DNA of 64,000 nucleotides from NCBI GenBank assembly GCA_049322655.1, contig JBMORP010000006.1, forward strand, positions 576,410 through 640,409. The letters run 5' to 3'. The stretch is from Patescibacteria group bacterium. Lineage in GTDB: Bacteria > Patescibacteriota > Microgenomatia > UBA1400 > PJMF01. Shown one piece after another: positions 7,212 through 17,715 of the stretch; position 1 is the stretch's first letter, and every line of letters starts with the position of its first letter. Position numbers and translations under genes: made by a program. The notes beneath the pieces were generated by a model. The model saw nothing but the letters and a program-made list of their open reading frames with translations, did not search any database and had not been told where the DNA came from.

Positions 7212-10091
7212 TTATTTAGTTTGCAACCCAACACCCACAAAAGAATGTTCGCCTGTCTGAGCAGTAAACTCGATAGTATCTCCCACCAAATTTCCCTGAG
7301 GAGCGATTAAAGTTGGCTTTCTACCAGGGAAATAGAGGGTTATCACCAAGTCATCTCGATTAACACCTGGTTGTTTTTGATCAAATAATAGATAAGAAAA
7401 TGGTTCATCTAATAGCTTGGCTGTTTCATAAGTATATTGAACAGTCACTGTTGATTCTTTGGGTATTTCTAGTGGAAAACCAACAACTTTATTTTCACGT
7501 TCAGAATAGACATTGGCCAAATTACCATTTAGTTTTTTTCCATTAATTAATACTTCTCTTGGTTGAGTATCTTTAGCGGTGATAAATCTCAAATAAAGCT
7601 TATAACTCCCTAATGGCCAGCCATCTGTCTTGGCTGAGTTGGTATAAGTCACGGTTCTAATATGCTTAATTTTTTTATCAACAAATTCTACTCTCTCCTC
7701 TATTTTTCGATCAATGTATTCATTAACTCTATTTAAACCAATATTGGCTTCAACTTGATAAATCTGCTGAACCAAACAATTAGTTTGAGGAAAACTTTGA
7801 GGACAGGACGGGTTAATTATTTCTCCACTCCACCCCATTTTTTGTAAAAATTCTTGATATTTTTCATCAGAAAGACTAACTAAAACATCTTTATTTTCTA
7901 AGCCAGTTTTAAAAGCTGTGGTTAAAACTAAAGCCTGATTTTTATCAAGAGTTTTCAAGTCTTGAAAAAGTTGTTTATAAATTATTCCTGCATAGTCTTT
8001 TTGTTGGGAATTTTGTTGATTCACAAACTCATCATCAGAGTGGAACTCTACTCTTTCAAGTAAATTATCTTTTGTGAGTACTTCTTGATAATCTGGTATT
8101 TCTAAAGAATCAATCGCTGCTAAAACATCTTGCAACACATAATAATTAATCGCGATTACTCCATCAACTCGTTTTTTTAGTGCTTCTTGAATAAACCAAA
8201 TAACCCGTTTGGCTGTGGTTGGAAAATCAGGATCCCAATTGCTATCTCTAATAAACCAGGTTTTCTCTCCTAGATATCTTTTAATTTCTTCGGGAGAAGT
8301 AACGGCCCCAGGCAAACGAGTATCTATTTCATTGGTGTTGAATATCTGAGAATCAATTAACAATCCTTGGTCAAAAGTTAATAAGGCTATTCCCTGAACA
8401 AAACCTCCTGTAGGACGAATCTCTAGGTTATTTTGTAATAAAACTGCATAAGTTTTTTTACCTTCTCCTCCAAAAAAATTGGTAAAAAAGCCTTGATATT
8501 CTTTAATCTTGGCAATTTCATTTTTATACTCTGCCAAGTACTTAGTCCATTTTTGTTGTTCTGCTGTTTCTTCATGGTTTAAGTAAAAAATAGCTTCTTC
8601 AACTTCATTAATTTTAGTTTCTATTATTACTGCTAAATCAACAATTTCTTGAGAAAAAACGGTTTGAGCTTCCCCAGTGCCTAAAATTCCTAAAATATAG
8701 CTTCCAGTTTTGTCAGCTAACTCTAGTTGTAAGCTTTGCAGCTCATTAAAATCTTGAAATAAACCGGCAATCATTACTTTTTCCAAAATTAATTCACCAA
8801 GAATTTTTTGGTAAAAGCTAGTTTGTTTTTCTAAAAACTGTGGCCAAAAACCAAGTTGATACTGTTGATTGTTTTGAGGAGTGTTTTGGTAAAGATATTG
8901 GTAAAAATCTTGTTTAGCAAACAGAATACTTATTTCCAAAACCAACCATAAAGCCAGGGAGATTCCACCAAAAATCATTATTCCAATGCCAGCCGTAAAT
9001 AAAACCTTATTTTTCTTTGATTTATTAGAAACCTTTTTTAAAATTTTCACCTTCTCATCAAGCCTTTTTTCTTTTCTAACCGTTCTTTTTTCTTTAAAAA
9101 GCCGAGTTAACTCCCCTTCAATCTTTTCTTCTTTGGCCTCATTTGTATTTTTAGATTGATATATGGGTTCTTTTTTTATTTTTATAGTTTCAGCAACAGC
9201 AACTACATCACTTTTACTTTCTTGAACCGTTTTTTCTGCCTCTAACGAGGTTGTGGATGGTGTTTTGGTTAGCTCAGCTAGTTTTTGTTTGTTCAAAGAG
9301 GAAAGAGTGGTTAGTTGGTTTTTTAACTGTTCTGTTTTTTCAACTAAATTGCTAATTAGTGGTTTTTCATCTGTTTCTAGATTAACAACTAACAAATCAT
9401 CTATTTTTAATGTTTCTCTAACAGCTTCACTCTGAATAATTTCTAATTCTCTGCCATAAACTCTAGAAAAAATCTCGGCAAAAAAACTCAGTGCTTTAGT
9501 ACTAGAGATTTTTTTACCTTGAAGAACAATTTTTTGAGGTGTATGAGGCTTAAATAAAGCTGTTTTCAAATTTTCTATAACTGTTTTTAATCCAATAAAA
9601 AAGCAAGCTTGTTGTGGATCTAATAAAACATCTTTTTCTAAACCTAGAAGAGAAAATCTAAATAGAGAGGGTAAATAGTTTTGATCAAAAAAATCACGAA
9701 TAAAGAAAAACAAACTATTGGGCAAATCAACAGTTAAATCTTGAATAAACTTAAACTGTTCAAGTTTTTCTATCGGCTCGGTCAAACTGACAAAACTATC
9801 AGGTAAAGCAGTGACAATAATGACTGGAATTTCTAAATTTTTTTCAACAAATTTTTTTATTTTTTCTAGAGAATCTCTATTTTCCAGATCTAACCACCAA
9901 ATTATTTTATAGACATTATTTTTATCTAAAGTATCAACATCAATATGGGAAATTTCTTGATCACTCAGAATCCAAGTTTTAAGTTGAAACTCACTAAAAA
10001 CACTCTCCATACTTTGTAAAAAGGGGAGATAGTTACCAAGCAATAAAACTCGAGGACTTTCCTCAATAATTTGGGTGGTTAATACAGACAT
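7212..10091 (-). CDS. large hypothetical protein with a central TM segment (959 aa)
   Basis: Long ORF with a Lys/Glu-rich linker and a TM helix (VLFTAGIGIMIFGGISLALWLV) near residue 350; no confident domain assignment. Confidence 0.4.
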   Translation of the reverse strand: MSVLTTQIIEESPRVLLLGNYLPFLQSMESVFSEFQLKTWILSDQEISHIDVDTLDKNNVYKIIWWLDLENRDSLEKIKKFVEKNLEIPVIIVTALPDSFVSLTEPIEKLEQFKFIQDLTVDLPNSLFFFIRDFFDQNYLPSLFRFSLLGLEKDVLLDPQQACFFIGLKTVIENLKTALFKPHTPQKIVLQGKKISSTKALSFFAEIFSRVYGRELEIIQSEAVRETLKIDDLLVVNLETDEKPLISNLVEKTEQLKNQLTTLSSLNKQKLAELTKTPSTTSLEAEKTVQESKSDVVAVAETIKIKKEPIYQSKNTNEAKEEKIEGELTRLFKEKRTVRKEKRLDEKVKILKKVSNKSKKNKVLFTAGIGIMIFGGISLALWLVLEISILFAKQDFYQYLYQNTPQNNQQYQLGFWPQFLEKQTSFYQKILGELILEKVMIAGLFQDFNELQSLQLELADKTGSYILGILGTGEAQTVFSQEIVDLAVIIETKINEVEEAIFYLNHEETAEQQKWTKYLAEYKNEIAKIKEYQGFFTNFFGGEGKKTYAVLLQNNLEIRPTGGFVQGIALLTFDQGLLIDSQIFNTNEIDTRLPGAVTSPEEIKRYLGEKTWFIRDSNWDPDFPTTAKRVIWFIQEALKKRVDGVIAINYYVLQDVLAAIDSLEIPDYQEVLTKDNLLERVEFHSDDEFVNQQNSQQKDYAGIIYKQLFQDLKTLDKNQALVLTTAFKTGLENKDVLVSLSDEKYQEFLQKMGWSGEIINPSCPQSFPQTNCLVQQIYQVEANIGLNRVNEYIDRKIEERVEFVDKKIKHIRTVTYTNSAKTDGWPLGSYKLYLRFITAKDTQPREVLINGKKLNGNLANVYSERENKVVGFPLEIPKESTVTVQYTYETAKLLDEPFSYLLFDQKQPGVNRDDLVITLYFPGRKPTLIAPQGNLVGDTIEFTAQTGEHSFVGVGLQTK

Positions 10092-10154
10092 AGACAGGTA
10101 GGTCTATTGTATGGATTTAACTAGATCTTGGAAAGGAGAAGTCTTAAAAACTGT

Positions 10155-10574
10155 TTAAACTTCAGAATAAGAATCCATTGCTTGATTAGCTAAGGCATCA
10201 GCCACAGTATTTTTATTTCTCAGAACATGAGTAATTTTAATCGGGTAGGGGAGAGTCGCTAACTTTGTCCAAGCTTCATTGACAAGCTTTTTTAATCTGT
10301 CTTCTTTAATTTTCCAGTTTTTGTTAATTTGTTCAACAACTAACTTAGAATCTAGAAAAAAATCAACTTTGCCAATTTGATTTTTAGCAGAAAAATCAAC
10401 TAACCATTCTAGAGCTGTTAAAAAAGCCAAATATTCAGCCTCATTGTTGGTTTTTTGTCCAAAAAAAACTGATTTTTCAAAGACTATTTCACCTTTGTTC
10501 TCAACAACCACTCCACCACCAGCTATTCCTGGATTACCTCTAGAACCACCATCTGTGTAAATTTTTAACTCCAT
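10155..10574 (-). CDS. rnhA: ribonuclease HI
   Basis: MELKIYTDGGSRGNPGIAGGGVVV ... EAEYLAFLTALEWL match RNase H catalytic motifs. Confidence 0.85.
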   Translation of the reverse strand: MELKIYTDGGSRGNPGIAGGGVVVENKGEIVFEKSVFFGQKTNNEAEYLAFLTALEWLVDFSAKNQIGKVDFFLDSKLVVEQINKNWKIKEDRLKKLVNEAWTKLATLPYPIKITHVLRNKNTVADALANQAMDSYSEV

Positions 10575-10602
10575 TATCTTTATTAACCTTTTTGACTAAG
10601 CT

Positions 10603-11070
10603 TTAGGCTTGTTTTTTACGAACCACTAACACTCTACCAAAAGTATCATCTTCAGAGAAAGTCTCAATATCAGCGAAGTCTTTATTATTACCGATTGCTG
10701 AGTGGACTAAAAATCTCTCATAGGAATTAAGATCATTAAAGACATACTCTCGACCTGATTCTCTAACTTTTTCAGCAACCGCTAAAGCTCTTTCTTGTAG
10801 TCTGGCTTCTCGTTCTTTTCGGTAACCATTAATATCAATAAGGAGGCGTTCTTCTTCAGTAATTTCATCTTGGTGGGCCAAACGAACTAACATTTCAATG
10901 GCTTCCAAAGTCTCACCTTTGGCTCCAATAAAGTGTTTCGCCTTTTCTTCTGGAAGAATGACGTTTAAATAAATTTTGTCATCTTCGCGAGTTTCTTCAA
11001 ACCCAATCTCTGCTTCTTCAATTCCATAAAAATCAAAAATACGAGTGATTCTGCTTTTAATTTTTTGCAT
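10603..11070 (-). CDS. jag: Jag/KhpB-like RNA-binding protein (KH + R3H domains)
   Basis: KH-like IGAKGETLEAIE and R3H-like YERFLVHSAI; sits immediately downstream of yidC as in canonical origin regions. Confidence 0.7.
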   Translation of the reverse strand: MQKIKSRITRIFDFYGIEEAEIGFEETREDDKIYLNVILPEEKAKHFIGAKGETLEAIEMLVRLAHQDEITEEERLLIDINGYRKEREARLQERALAVAEKVRESGREYVFNDLNSYERFLVHSAIGNNKDFADIETFSEDDTFGRVLVVRKKQA

Positions 11071-11809
11071 ATTTTCCTATAAATCTTTGGTAATAAGTTT
11101 TTAACCCACCCCAGCCAGAAATAAAATATTGTTGACCAATGGTGAAAATATTACTTACTACCCAATAAAGAGCTAAGCCTGCTGGAAACTGGGCAGCAAC
11201 TACTCCCATAATAACCGGCATCACAAACAACATTTGTTGTTGCATGGTGGCAGCCATTTCAGCTGTATCTTCTTCCTTTGCGTTAGCTTCTTTTACTTTT
11301 TTACTACTACTCTTATTTGGCACGATATCTCTAATTTCAGCACCTGGTGCAATCATTAAAGATAAAATTAATTGGGTTAAACCAGCTAAAATTGGTAAAA
11401 TAAAGGTTGAGTCTGTTTGGGTAACGTTAAACCATAAAAAATTAAGATCCAGACTTTCTGGTAAACCACCATTTAAAAACTTAAGCATTGCTTGGTAAAG
11501 AATAATAATTACGACAAACTGTAAAATTTGGGGAATACAACCAGCAATTGGATTAGCATTGTATTTTTGGTAAAGTTCGAGTTGAGCTTTTTGGAGTTGT
11601 TGTTTGTTTTTGCCATATTTTTTACTCAACTTTTTTAGTTCTGGCTGAAGTTGTTGGAGTTGTTTTTGGGCTTTAAGTGAAGAATTTGCTAGAGGAAAAA
11701 CAGCAAACTTAGTCAATAAAGTAAAAACAATAATTGACCAGCCCAAACTACCAAAAGTTTCACTAAGAAAAATTAAAAAATTAACGCTTTGTTCAATTAA
11801 ATATCCCAT
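11057..11809 (-). CDS. yidC: membrane protein insertase YidC/Oxa1 family (short form)
   Basis: Polytopic membrane protein with a conserved GCIPxLLQ-like segment (GCIPQILQFVVIIILYQ); synteny with yidD and rnpA. Confidence 0.8.
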   Translation of the reverse strand: MGYLIEQSVNFLIFLSETFGSLGWSIIVFTLLTKFAVFPLANSSLKAQKQLQQLQPELKKLSKKYGKNKQQLQKAQLELYQKYNANPIAGCIPQILQFVVIIILYQAMLKFLNGGLPESLDLNFLWFNVTQTDSTFILPILAGLTQLILSLMIAPGAEIRDIVPNKSSSKKVKEANAKEEDTAEMAATMQQQMLFVMPVIMGVVAAQFPAGLALYWVVSNIFTIGQQYFISGWGGLKTYYQRFIGKYAKN

Positions 11810-11818
11810 TTGTTCCTT

Positions 11819-12025
11819 TTACCAACAAGTTAATAGACGAATTAACCCTTTTATCGATCCAACGATTGTACCATGTCTTTCGATTTCTGCTTGAGTATAT
11901 CGGCTGCAGGTGGGGGTGTGTTTACACCGACTACTAAAACCAAAAACAGAGTAAAGAAGTTGGTGTTTAAAACTACCAATGCCTTGATAAAGACTAAAAA
12001 TTAAATATCTAAGTTTTTTTGCCAT
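11819..12025 (-). CDS. yidD: membrane protein insertion efficiency factor YidD
   Basis: CKHTPTCSRYTQAEIERHG matches the YidD family signature. Confidence 0.8.
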   Translation of the reverse strand: MAKKLRYLIFSLYQGIGSFKHQLLYSVFGFSSRCKHTPTCSRYTQAEIERHGTIVGSIKGLIRLLTCW

Positions 12026-12368
12026 GCTGTTGAATAAATGTAAAAAGACTTTTTAGATCTTTACTAAGCATAGTCTCATGGTTAATAAAATCTAAGTTAT
12101 GCCTTAACCGAATTACCAATCTTAAGTTGGTTGGTTTATAAATGACTAGTTCTTGAGGAAAATTATTAAAAATAAGTCTTTTTAACTTGTTTCTAGCTGA
12201 AGCTAAACTAACAATTTTTTTAGGAATAACAACGGCAAATTGATTTTTTTCACCACCCAAAAAATCAAAGTTAGCTATAATTAATTTTCCCTTCCAAAAA
12301 AAGCCATTAAGAAAAATACTTTTAGTCGATAATAACTTTAGATTTAAACGGTGTGTTTTGGCTAGCAT
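12009..12368 (-). CDS. rnpA: ribonuclease P protein component
   Basis: Small basic protein (MLAKTHRLNLK...) between rpmH and yidD; 17-nt overlap with yidD. Confidence 0.7.
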   Translation of the reverse strand: MLAKTHRLNLKLLSTKSIFLNGFFWKGKLIIANFDFLGGEKNQFAVVIPKKIVSLASARNKLKRLIFNNFPQELVIYKPTNLRLVIRLRHNLDFINHETMLSKDLKSLFTFIQQHGKKT

Positions 12369-12448
12369 AAAAAGATAAAGTAAAACTTACTATCAACCCA
12401 ATATTATTACTTTTTCAGTAGAGAAAATAAAGCGAAACGCAAAAAAAA

Positions 12449-12604
12449 TTAAACTTTTTTAATTACAGTTAATTTTTTGCGACCTTTTTGTCTTCTTCTT
12501 TTAAGAACTAACTTGCCAGCATGAGAAGCCATTCTTTTCAAAAAGCCGTGAGTTCTTAATCTTTTTTTCTTTTTAGGATTCCAAGTTCGTTTTGTCTTTG
12601 CCAT
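12449..12604 (-). CDS. rpmH: 50S ribosomal protein L34 (51 aa; absent from the ORF track because it is under 60 aa)
   Basis: Minus-strand translation [51 protein letters not shown] is a near-canonical L34 sequence. Confidence 0.9.
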   Translation of the reverse strand: MAKTKRTWNPKKKKRLRTHGFLKRMASHAGKLVLKRRRQKGRKKLTVIKKV

Positions 12605-12632
12605 AGGCGAGGATTATATCACAACTTAGCTT

Positions 12633-13736
12633 TTAATTGGTTCTAAAAGGCATCACGATATATAAAATATCTCGTTCTTCAGGAAAACTAAACGCTACTG
12701 GTTTCAAACTTTCATTGAGTTGAAAAATAATCTCACCTTCTTTTTGGGTATTTAAGAAATCTAATAAATACATTGCATTAAAAGCCACTTCTTGTTCTTC
12801 ACCAGTAAAGTCGATCTCGATCTCGCCAATATATTCTCCGGCAGCAGGAGAAACCGCTTTAACTATTAATTTATTTGGAGATAAAAATAATTTGACGATG
12901 TTTGAAGCGTCTTTCGAAAATAAATAAGCTCTTTTGACTTGAGTAGCTAACTCTGAAAGATCTAGTTTTATGGTATGAACAAACTCAGCTGGAATAATTT
13001 TTTCATAAGGTGGGTATTCTCCTTCAATTAATCTGACATAAATCTCAATCCCATCAACCACAAATAAGACTTGTTTAAGCTCTTCAGAGACTCTAAAAAC
13101 AACTTTGTCTGACTCTGTTTGGGCTATCATTCTAAATACTTCATTAAGGGCTTTTACAGGGATTAACAATTCTTTCTCAAAACCTAGTTTTTGACTGTGA
13201 GCTTTCATCGTTGCTAATCTATAACCATCTGTGGCAGCAATTTCTAAACCTTGTTCTTTAAAACTAAAAAGCAGTGAAGTTAAAACTGGTCTCGTTAAGT
13301 CTTGAGCTGCAGCAAAAGTAATATATTTATCAATTTTAGCCAATAAATTTTTATCCAAAGAAAAATCTTCACCAGTTACTTCAGGAAATTGAGGATATTC
13401 TTCTGCTGATTGATAGGGGAGAGAACTTTTGCTTTTTTCATAACTAATGACTAAAGATTTATCTTTTTGTTCAAAAATAATTTCTCCTGCTGAAAAAGAA
13501 AAAACCAGATTTTTAAAAATATCACCAGGTATAACACAACTACCTGATTGTTCTATCTGAGCTGGAATAACGTTTTTTATTCCCAGAAACAAATCTGTTG
13601 CTGCCAAAACCAATTGATTATTTTCTGCTTTTAAATAAATAGATGACAAAATTGGTAATTGAGGTTTGCTCGGAATTGCTTTTTGCAAATTGGTTAAAGC
13701 TGTTTTTAGATTTTCTTGTAAAACTCTAATTTTCAT
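12633..13736 (-). CDS. dnaN: DNA polymerase III beta subunit (sliding clamp)
   Basis: MKIRVLQENLKTALTNLQKAIPSKPQLPILSSIYLKAENNQLVLAATD is the typical DnaN N-terminus; ~367 aa; directly downstream of dnaA. Confidence 0.9.
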   Translation of the reverse strand: MKIRVLQENLKTALTNLQKAIPSKPQLPILSSIYLKAENNQLVLAATDLFLGIKNVIPAQIEQSGSCVIPGDIFKNLVFSFSAGEIIFEQKDKSLVISYEKSKSSLPYQSAEEYPQFPEVTGEDFSLDKNLLAKIDKYITFAAAQDLTRPVLTSLLFSFKEQGLEIAATDGYRLATMKAHSQKLGFEKELLIPVKALNEVFRMIAQTESDKVVFRVSEELKQVLFVVDGIEIYVRLIEGEYPPYEKIIPAEFVHTIKLDLSELATQVKRAYLFSKDASNIVKLFLSPNKLIVKAVSPAAGEYIGEIEIDFTGEEQEVAFNAMYLLDFLNTQKEGEIIFQLNESLKPVAFSFPEERDILYIVMPFRTN

Positions 13737-13739
13737 AAA

Positions 13740-14005
13740 AGATCTTTTCTAACTATCTATATAAATATAATTGTTGTAGTAATAATAGAGGCTGTTGATA
13801 AGTGGAAAAAACCTCATAAATTACTCTAGTTAATTGATAAAAAACGATGTGTATTCATCAGTTTTACAATTCTGAAAAACTTTGTGTATTGTGCAGGAAA
13901 ACTCTGTGAAAATCGAGAGCTTTTTCACAAAATTAAAAAGTTATTCAAAGTTTTCCAACACCTTTCCACTTAGTTATCCCCAAAGTTTTCCACAATTGTT
14001 GAAAA
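13740..14005. promoter_or_regulatory. candidate oriC: AT-rich dnaA-dnaN spacer with a DnaA-box cluster
   Basis: Same-orientation 9-mers matching TTATNCACA with at most 1-2 mismatches: TTTTTCACA 13921-13929, TTTTCCAAC 13951-13959, CTTTCCACT 13962-13970, TTATCCCCA 13974-13982, TTTTCCACA 13986-13994. Confidence 0.5.
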
Positions 14006-15496
14006 CTATTGTTTAGAGACTGCTGTTAAAGACATTCTCAAAGCAGAAATATCTTGTTTTATCAATCCTTCTTCGTCTTTTTCCTTTTCTATTTTTTTAA
14101 TGGCATGTAACACACTTGTATGATCTCTACCAGAGAACCACTTACCAATTTCTTCCAAAGGCATATTTAACTCAGTCCTAAGTAAATACATGGCCAAATG
14201 TCTAGCGTTAACAATCTCTTTAGTTCTCCTTTTACCTTTTAAAGCACTTTGTTTAATGCGGTAATGGTTGGCTACAGTCTTAATTACGTCTTGAGGTTTT
14301 GCTCTAATAATCAATCTATTAGCAGGGGCTTCTGTTTTAAGTAAGCTTTGAATTAATTCTTCATTGATAGTTTTTTGTTTCAGTTCTACCTCTGAACGAA
14401 GTAGTTTAACAATACCTTCAATTCTTCTAGCTCCATCTACTTTGGAAGAAATTAATTGGGCTAACTCCATTGGTAAATCAAGATTATTTGCTTGGGCTTT
14501 AATTAATAAAATGGCCGTTCTTAACTCGAATGAAGGTTGTTGGATATCAATCATTAAACCAGCCTCAAATCTGGATCTTAATCTGGATTCAAGCAAATTA
14601 ATTTCGTGAGGAGGCCGATCTGAAGTGAGAATAATTTGAGAAGCTTGTTTGGTCAAAGCGTTAAAGGTATGAAAAAACTCTTCTTGGACGGCATTCTTTC
14701 CAGCAATAAACTGAACATCGTCAATCAATAAAACCTGAGTATTACGGTATTTTCTTTTAAAATCAAAGGCTTTTTTCTTTTGAATAGCGTTAACAATCTC
14801 GTTAGTGAATTCTTCACCAGTACAGTAGATGATGTTTGTTTCTGGATTTTGTTTGAGAATGTTATGACCAATAGCTTGCATTAAATGAGTTTTACCAACC
14901 CCAACCCCACCATAAAGAAAAAGAGGGTTATAAGCTACACCTGGGTTGTTGGAGACAGCAGTGGCCGCAGCATGAGCCATCTCATTAGTAGTCGAAACAG
15001 CAAAAGTTTTGAAAGTGTAATCTTCTCTGAGTCCGACTCTTCTAGCTGCAACTTTTGCTCGATCTTGAAAACTAGCTTGAAGAGTATGAGCTGAGAACAG
15101 CTCGTCAACGGTTGGGGAGCCAGTCTCTCTGGAATATGATAAAAGATTAGTTTTTGTTGAAGTTTTTTTGTCTGAACTTATTGTTTGTTCATTACTTCTA
15201 GCAAGCTCTATTGGGTTGCCGACAATAAATTCAAGTTCGACAGCTTTATTTAATTCTTTTTCCAAAGTTTCTTTGATTTGAACATAAAGATTTTTTTTTA
15301 AGTTAGTGGCATGAAAAGCGGTCGGACAAGTAATTGTCGCTAAGGCTTGATTTTGTTGATCAACCTCTACCTTGGTTAATGGATTAGAAACAATCCAAGT
15401 ATTAAACACGGCTGGTGTTAATTGGGTTTTAAGACTTTCTTGGCTGGCTTTCCAGACTTTAATCACTTCACTTGAATCAAGTGCTTTAGTAAACAT
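14006..15496 (-). CDS. dnaA: chromosomal replication initiator protein DnaA
   Basis: AAA+ Walker A GGVGVGKTHLMQAIGH and C-terminal DNA-binding helix region; dnaA-dnaN synteny. Confidence 0.95.
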   Translation of the reverse strand: MFTKALDSSEVIKVWKASQESLKTQLTPAVFNTWIVSNPLTKVEVDQQNQALATITCPTAFHATNLKKNLYVQIKETLEKELNKAVELEFIVGNPIELARSNEQTISSDKKTSTKTNLLSYSRETGSPTVDELFSAHTLQASFQDRAKVAARRVGLREDYTFKTFAVSTTNEMAHAAATAVSNNPGVAYNPLFLYGGVGVGKTHLMQAIGHNILKQNPETNIIYCTGEEFTNEIVNAIQKKKAFDFKRKYRNTQVLLIDDVQFIAGKNAVQEEFFHTFNALTKQASQIILTSDRPPHEINLLESRLRSRFEAGLMIDIQQPSFELRTAILLIKAQANNLDLPMELAQLISSKVDGARRIEGIVKLLRSEVELKQKTINEELIQSLLKTEAPANRLIIRAKPQDVIKTVANHYRIKQSALKGKRRTKEIVNARHLAMYLLRTELNMPLEEIGKWFSGRDHTSVLHAIKKIEKEKDEEGLIKQDISALRMSLTAVSKQ

Positions 15497-15611
15497 TTTC
15501 TCCTTAATAGGACAGGTTTTGACAATAAAATCTAAGAGGGCAGTTCCGATTTGATTGCTTAGTTATACACCTAGTTTTCCACAATTTGTCAAGTGGAATT
15601 TTAATTAAAAA
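15497..15611. promoter_or_regulatory. dnaA upstream region with DnaA-box-like sites (autoregulatory promoter region; alternative oriC position)
   Basis: TTATACACC (15562-15570), TTTTCCACA (15576-15584) and an inverted AAGTGGAAT (15591-15599). Confidence 0.35.
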
Positions 15612-17681
15612 CTAATTTTTTGGGGGAGAATAGTCATCAATAGTGTAATATCCAGCGTAAGATTGTTTGTTTGCTGCGACTTGTTGCTGAGAAGTTGTCT
15701 GAGTTGAAGGAAGGATTTGTTCTTCAACAGAACTCTCTTCAGCCTCTGTTTCTGAATTAATAGAAACTTGGTTTTCTAGTGGTGATTGTTGTTTATTAGG
15801 AATACCAAATGAAAACTTTGGTTTTTCCTTTGGTTGTTTTTGGGCTTCAAGTTGAGCTATTTTTAATTTTTTTTCTTCTTCTTTTCTCTTTAAGACTTCT
15901 TCTGGATTGGTAGTGATGACTTCATGTTCCTCATCGCTGGCTACCACTCTGAGGGCTACATGGTTTTGCCCAGCAAAAAAGATGCCCTCACCAACATCTG
16001 AAGATACTAATAACTGTCTTTCTCCTTCAGAAAGATAGAAAGTCTCTGCTAAAACTGGGATTGAAGCGGTAGATTGTTTCATTAAAAACTGAATCGAAGC
16101 ATTACTCACAATTGCTTTACCATAATCATTATGAATAAAATCTTCAACGTCTTGAGTGATAGTTGTAATTCCTAAATAATATTTTCTAGCCCGCTTAACC
16201 ATGGAGTGAATAAATGAAGCACTATCTTTATGCTTCATAAAGTACCAAGCTTCATCAATTACCAGGATTCTTCTTTTAAGATCTTTTTTAACTCTTGTCC
16301 AAATAAAATCAAGAATAATGAACATGGCAATTGGTCTAAGCTCTTCTTCCATTTCCTTAACAGAAAAAACAGTAAATGGATTAGTAATATCTAGGTTGGA
16401 TGGTTTATCAAAAATACCTCGAAAAGAACCAGTAATAAATTTTTCTAGTCTAGCCGCAATATCATTTGCTTCATCGTTTTCCATACCAATTAGAGCTTTA
16501 TAAAGATCTTCCATTAACGGTGGTTCATTGGTTTGAGTGACTGGGTCTGGAGTAATTCCTTTGGCCTTATAAGCCGAGATTAACGCCCTATCTAATAAAG
16601 CCTCTTGTTGAGAAGTCATGTTTCCCAGCATTACTTTTAGTAGGCCGTGAAGGGTAAGAATCTTTTGGCCAAGTTCATTTTCACCTTCTTCATACATGGC
16701 TGATAAATCAAATGGATTGATTTTAGTTTTTGAACCAAAAGTAAAGTTAATATATTCTCCGCCTACTTTTTTAGCCAACTCTTCATATTCATGTTCTGGA
16801 TCAAGAACAATTACTTCAGCATCAAACATTAATTGACGAATAACTTCTAATTTAACCGTGTAAGATTTACCAGCACCTGATTTAGCAAAAATCACCATAT
16901 TGGCATTTTCCATTTTAAATCTGTCAAAAATAACTAAAGAATCATTGTGCTCATTAATGCCATAGAGGATACCTGTTTCCATGGTAAGCTCTGAAGAAGT
17001 AAAAGGAAAAGTTGTCGCCAATGAAGTTGTATCCATATTGCGGGTAACCATTAACTTGTCTCTTCCCATTGGCAAGGTTGTTTTGAAGCCCTCATCCATT
17101 TGTAAAGTAGCCTTTTTAGAGACAATTAGTAATGAACCCAACATTGATTGAATGTTTTTGGTTACTTTATTTAAGCTGTCCAAACTGGGGGAAGTAAGGG
17201 TTACATAAAGCCCAAATTGAAAAAATCTTTCAGCGCCAGCTGCTAGTTGTTCTCTAATGGTTCTGGCATCGCCCAACTTAATTTCAGTATTAATATTACT
17301 AATTTTTCCTGACCTAATATCTGATTGGATTTCAGCCTCCATTTCAGTAATTTTTCTTTTCAAGTTATCTAAGACCTCAGCAGAGTCAACAGGATAAATA
17401 AACATCGAGATATTGGCTTGATTTGGATAATTAATCAAAGGAGATAACCAGTTGGCTGGAACTGTTCTTGGATAGCCAGCCACAAATAATGTTCTGGTGT
17501 AAGTCGAGTTGATTTGTTGATAAGTAAAATCAACTTCAATTGCTTCTGGCGCAATGATATCTTGAATTGTTACCAAACCTTGAGAAAACTCTTTGATTTT
17601 CTCCATTTGTTTTTGTTCAGGAGTTATTTCTGGCTGATTATCTGTTTTTTTTGGGTTTAAAAATGGTAACTGAAAGGGCAT
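15612..17681 (-). CDS. VirB4/TrbE-like type IV secretion ATPase
   Basis: Walker A FAKSGAGKSYTV, Walker B LVIDEAWYFM, and overall VirB4/CagE-like organisation (689 aa). Confidence 0.7.
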   Translation of the reverse strand: MPFQLPFLNPKKTDNQPEITPEQKQMEKIKEFSQGLVTIQDIIAPEAIEVDFTYQQINSTYTRTLFVAGYPRTVPANWLSPLINYPNQANISMFIYPVDSAEVLDNLKRKITEMEAEIQSDIRSGKISNINTEIKLGDARTIREQLAAGAERFFQFGLYVTLTSPSLDSLNKVTKNIQSMLGSLLIVSKKATLQMDEGFKTTLPMGRDKLMVTRNMDTTSLATTFPFTSSELTMETGILYGINEHNDSLVIFDRFKMENANMVIFAKSGAGKSYTVKLEVIRQLMFDAEVIVLDPEHEYEELAKKVGGEYINFTFGSKTKINPFDLSAMYEEGENELGQKILTLHGLLKVMLGNMTSQQEALLDRALISAYKAKGITPDPVTQTNEPPLMEDLYKALIGMENDEANDIAARLEKFITGSFRGIFDKPSNLDITNPFTVFSVKEMEEELRPIAMFIILDFIWTRVKKDLKRRILVIDEAWYFMKHKDSASFIHSMVKRARKYYLGITTITQDVEDFIHNDYGKAIVSNASIQFLMKQSTASIPVLAETFYLSEGERQLLVSSDVGEGIFFAGQNHVALRVVASDEEHEVITTNPEEVLKRKEEEKKLKIAQLEAQKQPKEKPKFSFGIPNKQQSPLENQVSINSETEAEESSVEEQILPSTQTTSQQQVAANKQSYAGYYTIDDYSPPKN

Positions 17682-17715
17682 TGGTTTTTATTTTAACACT
17701 CCATAACTATTTCTA

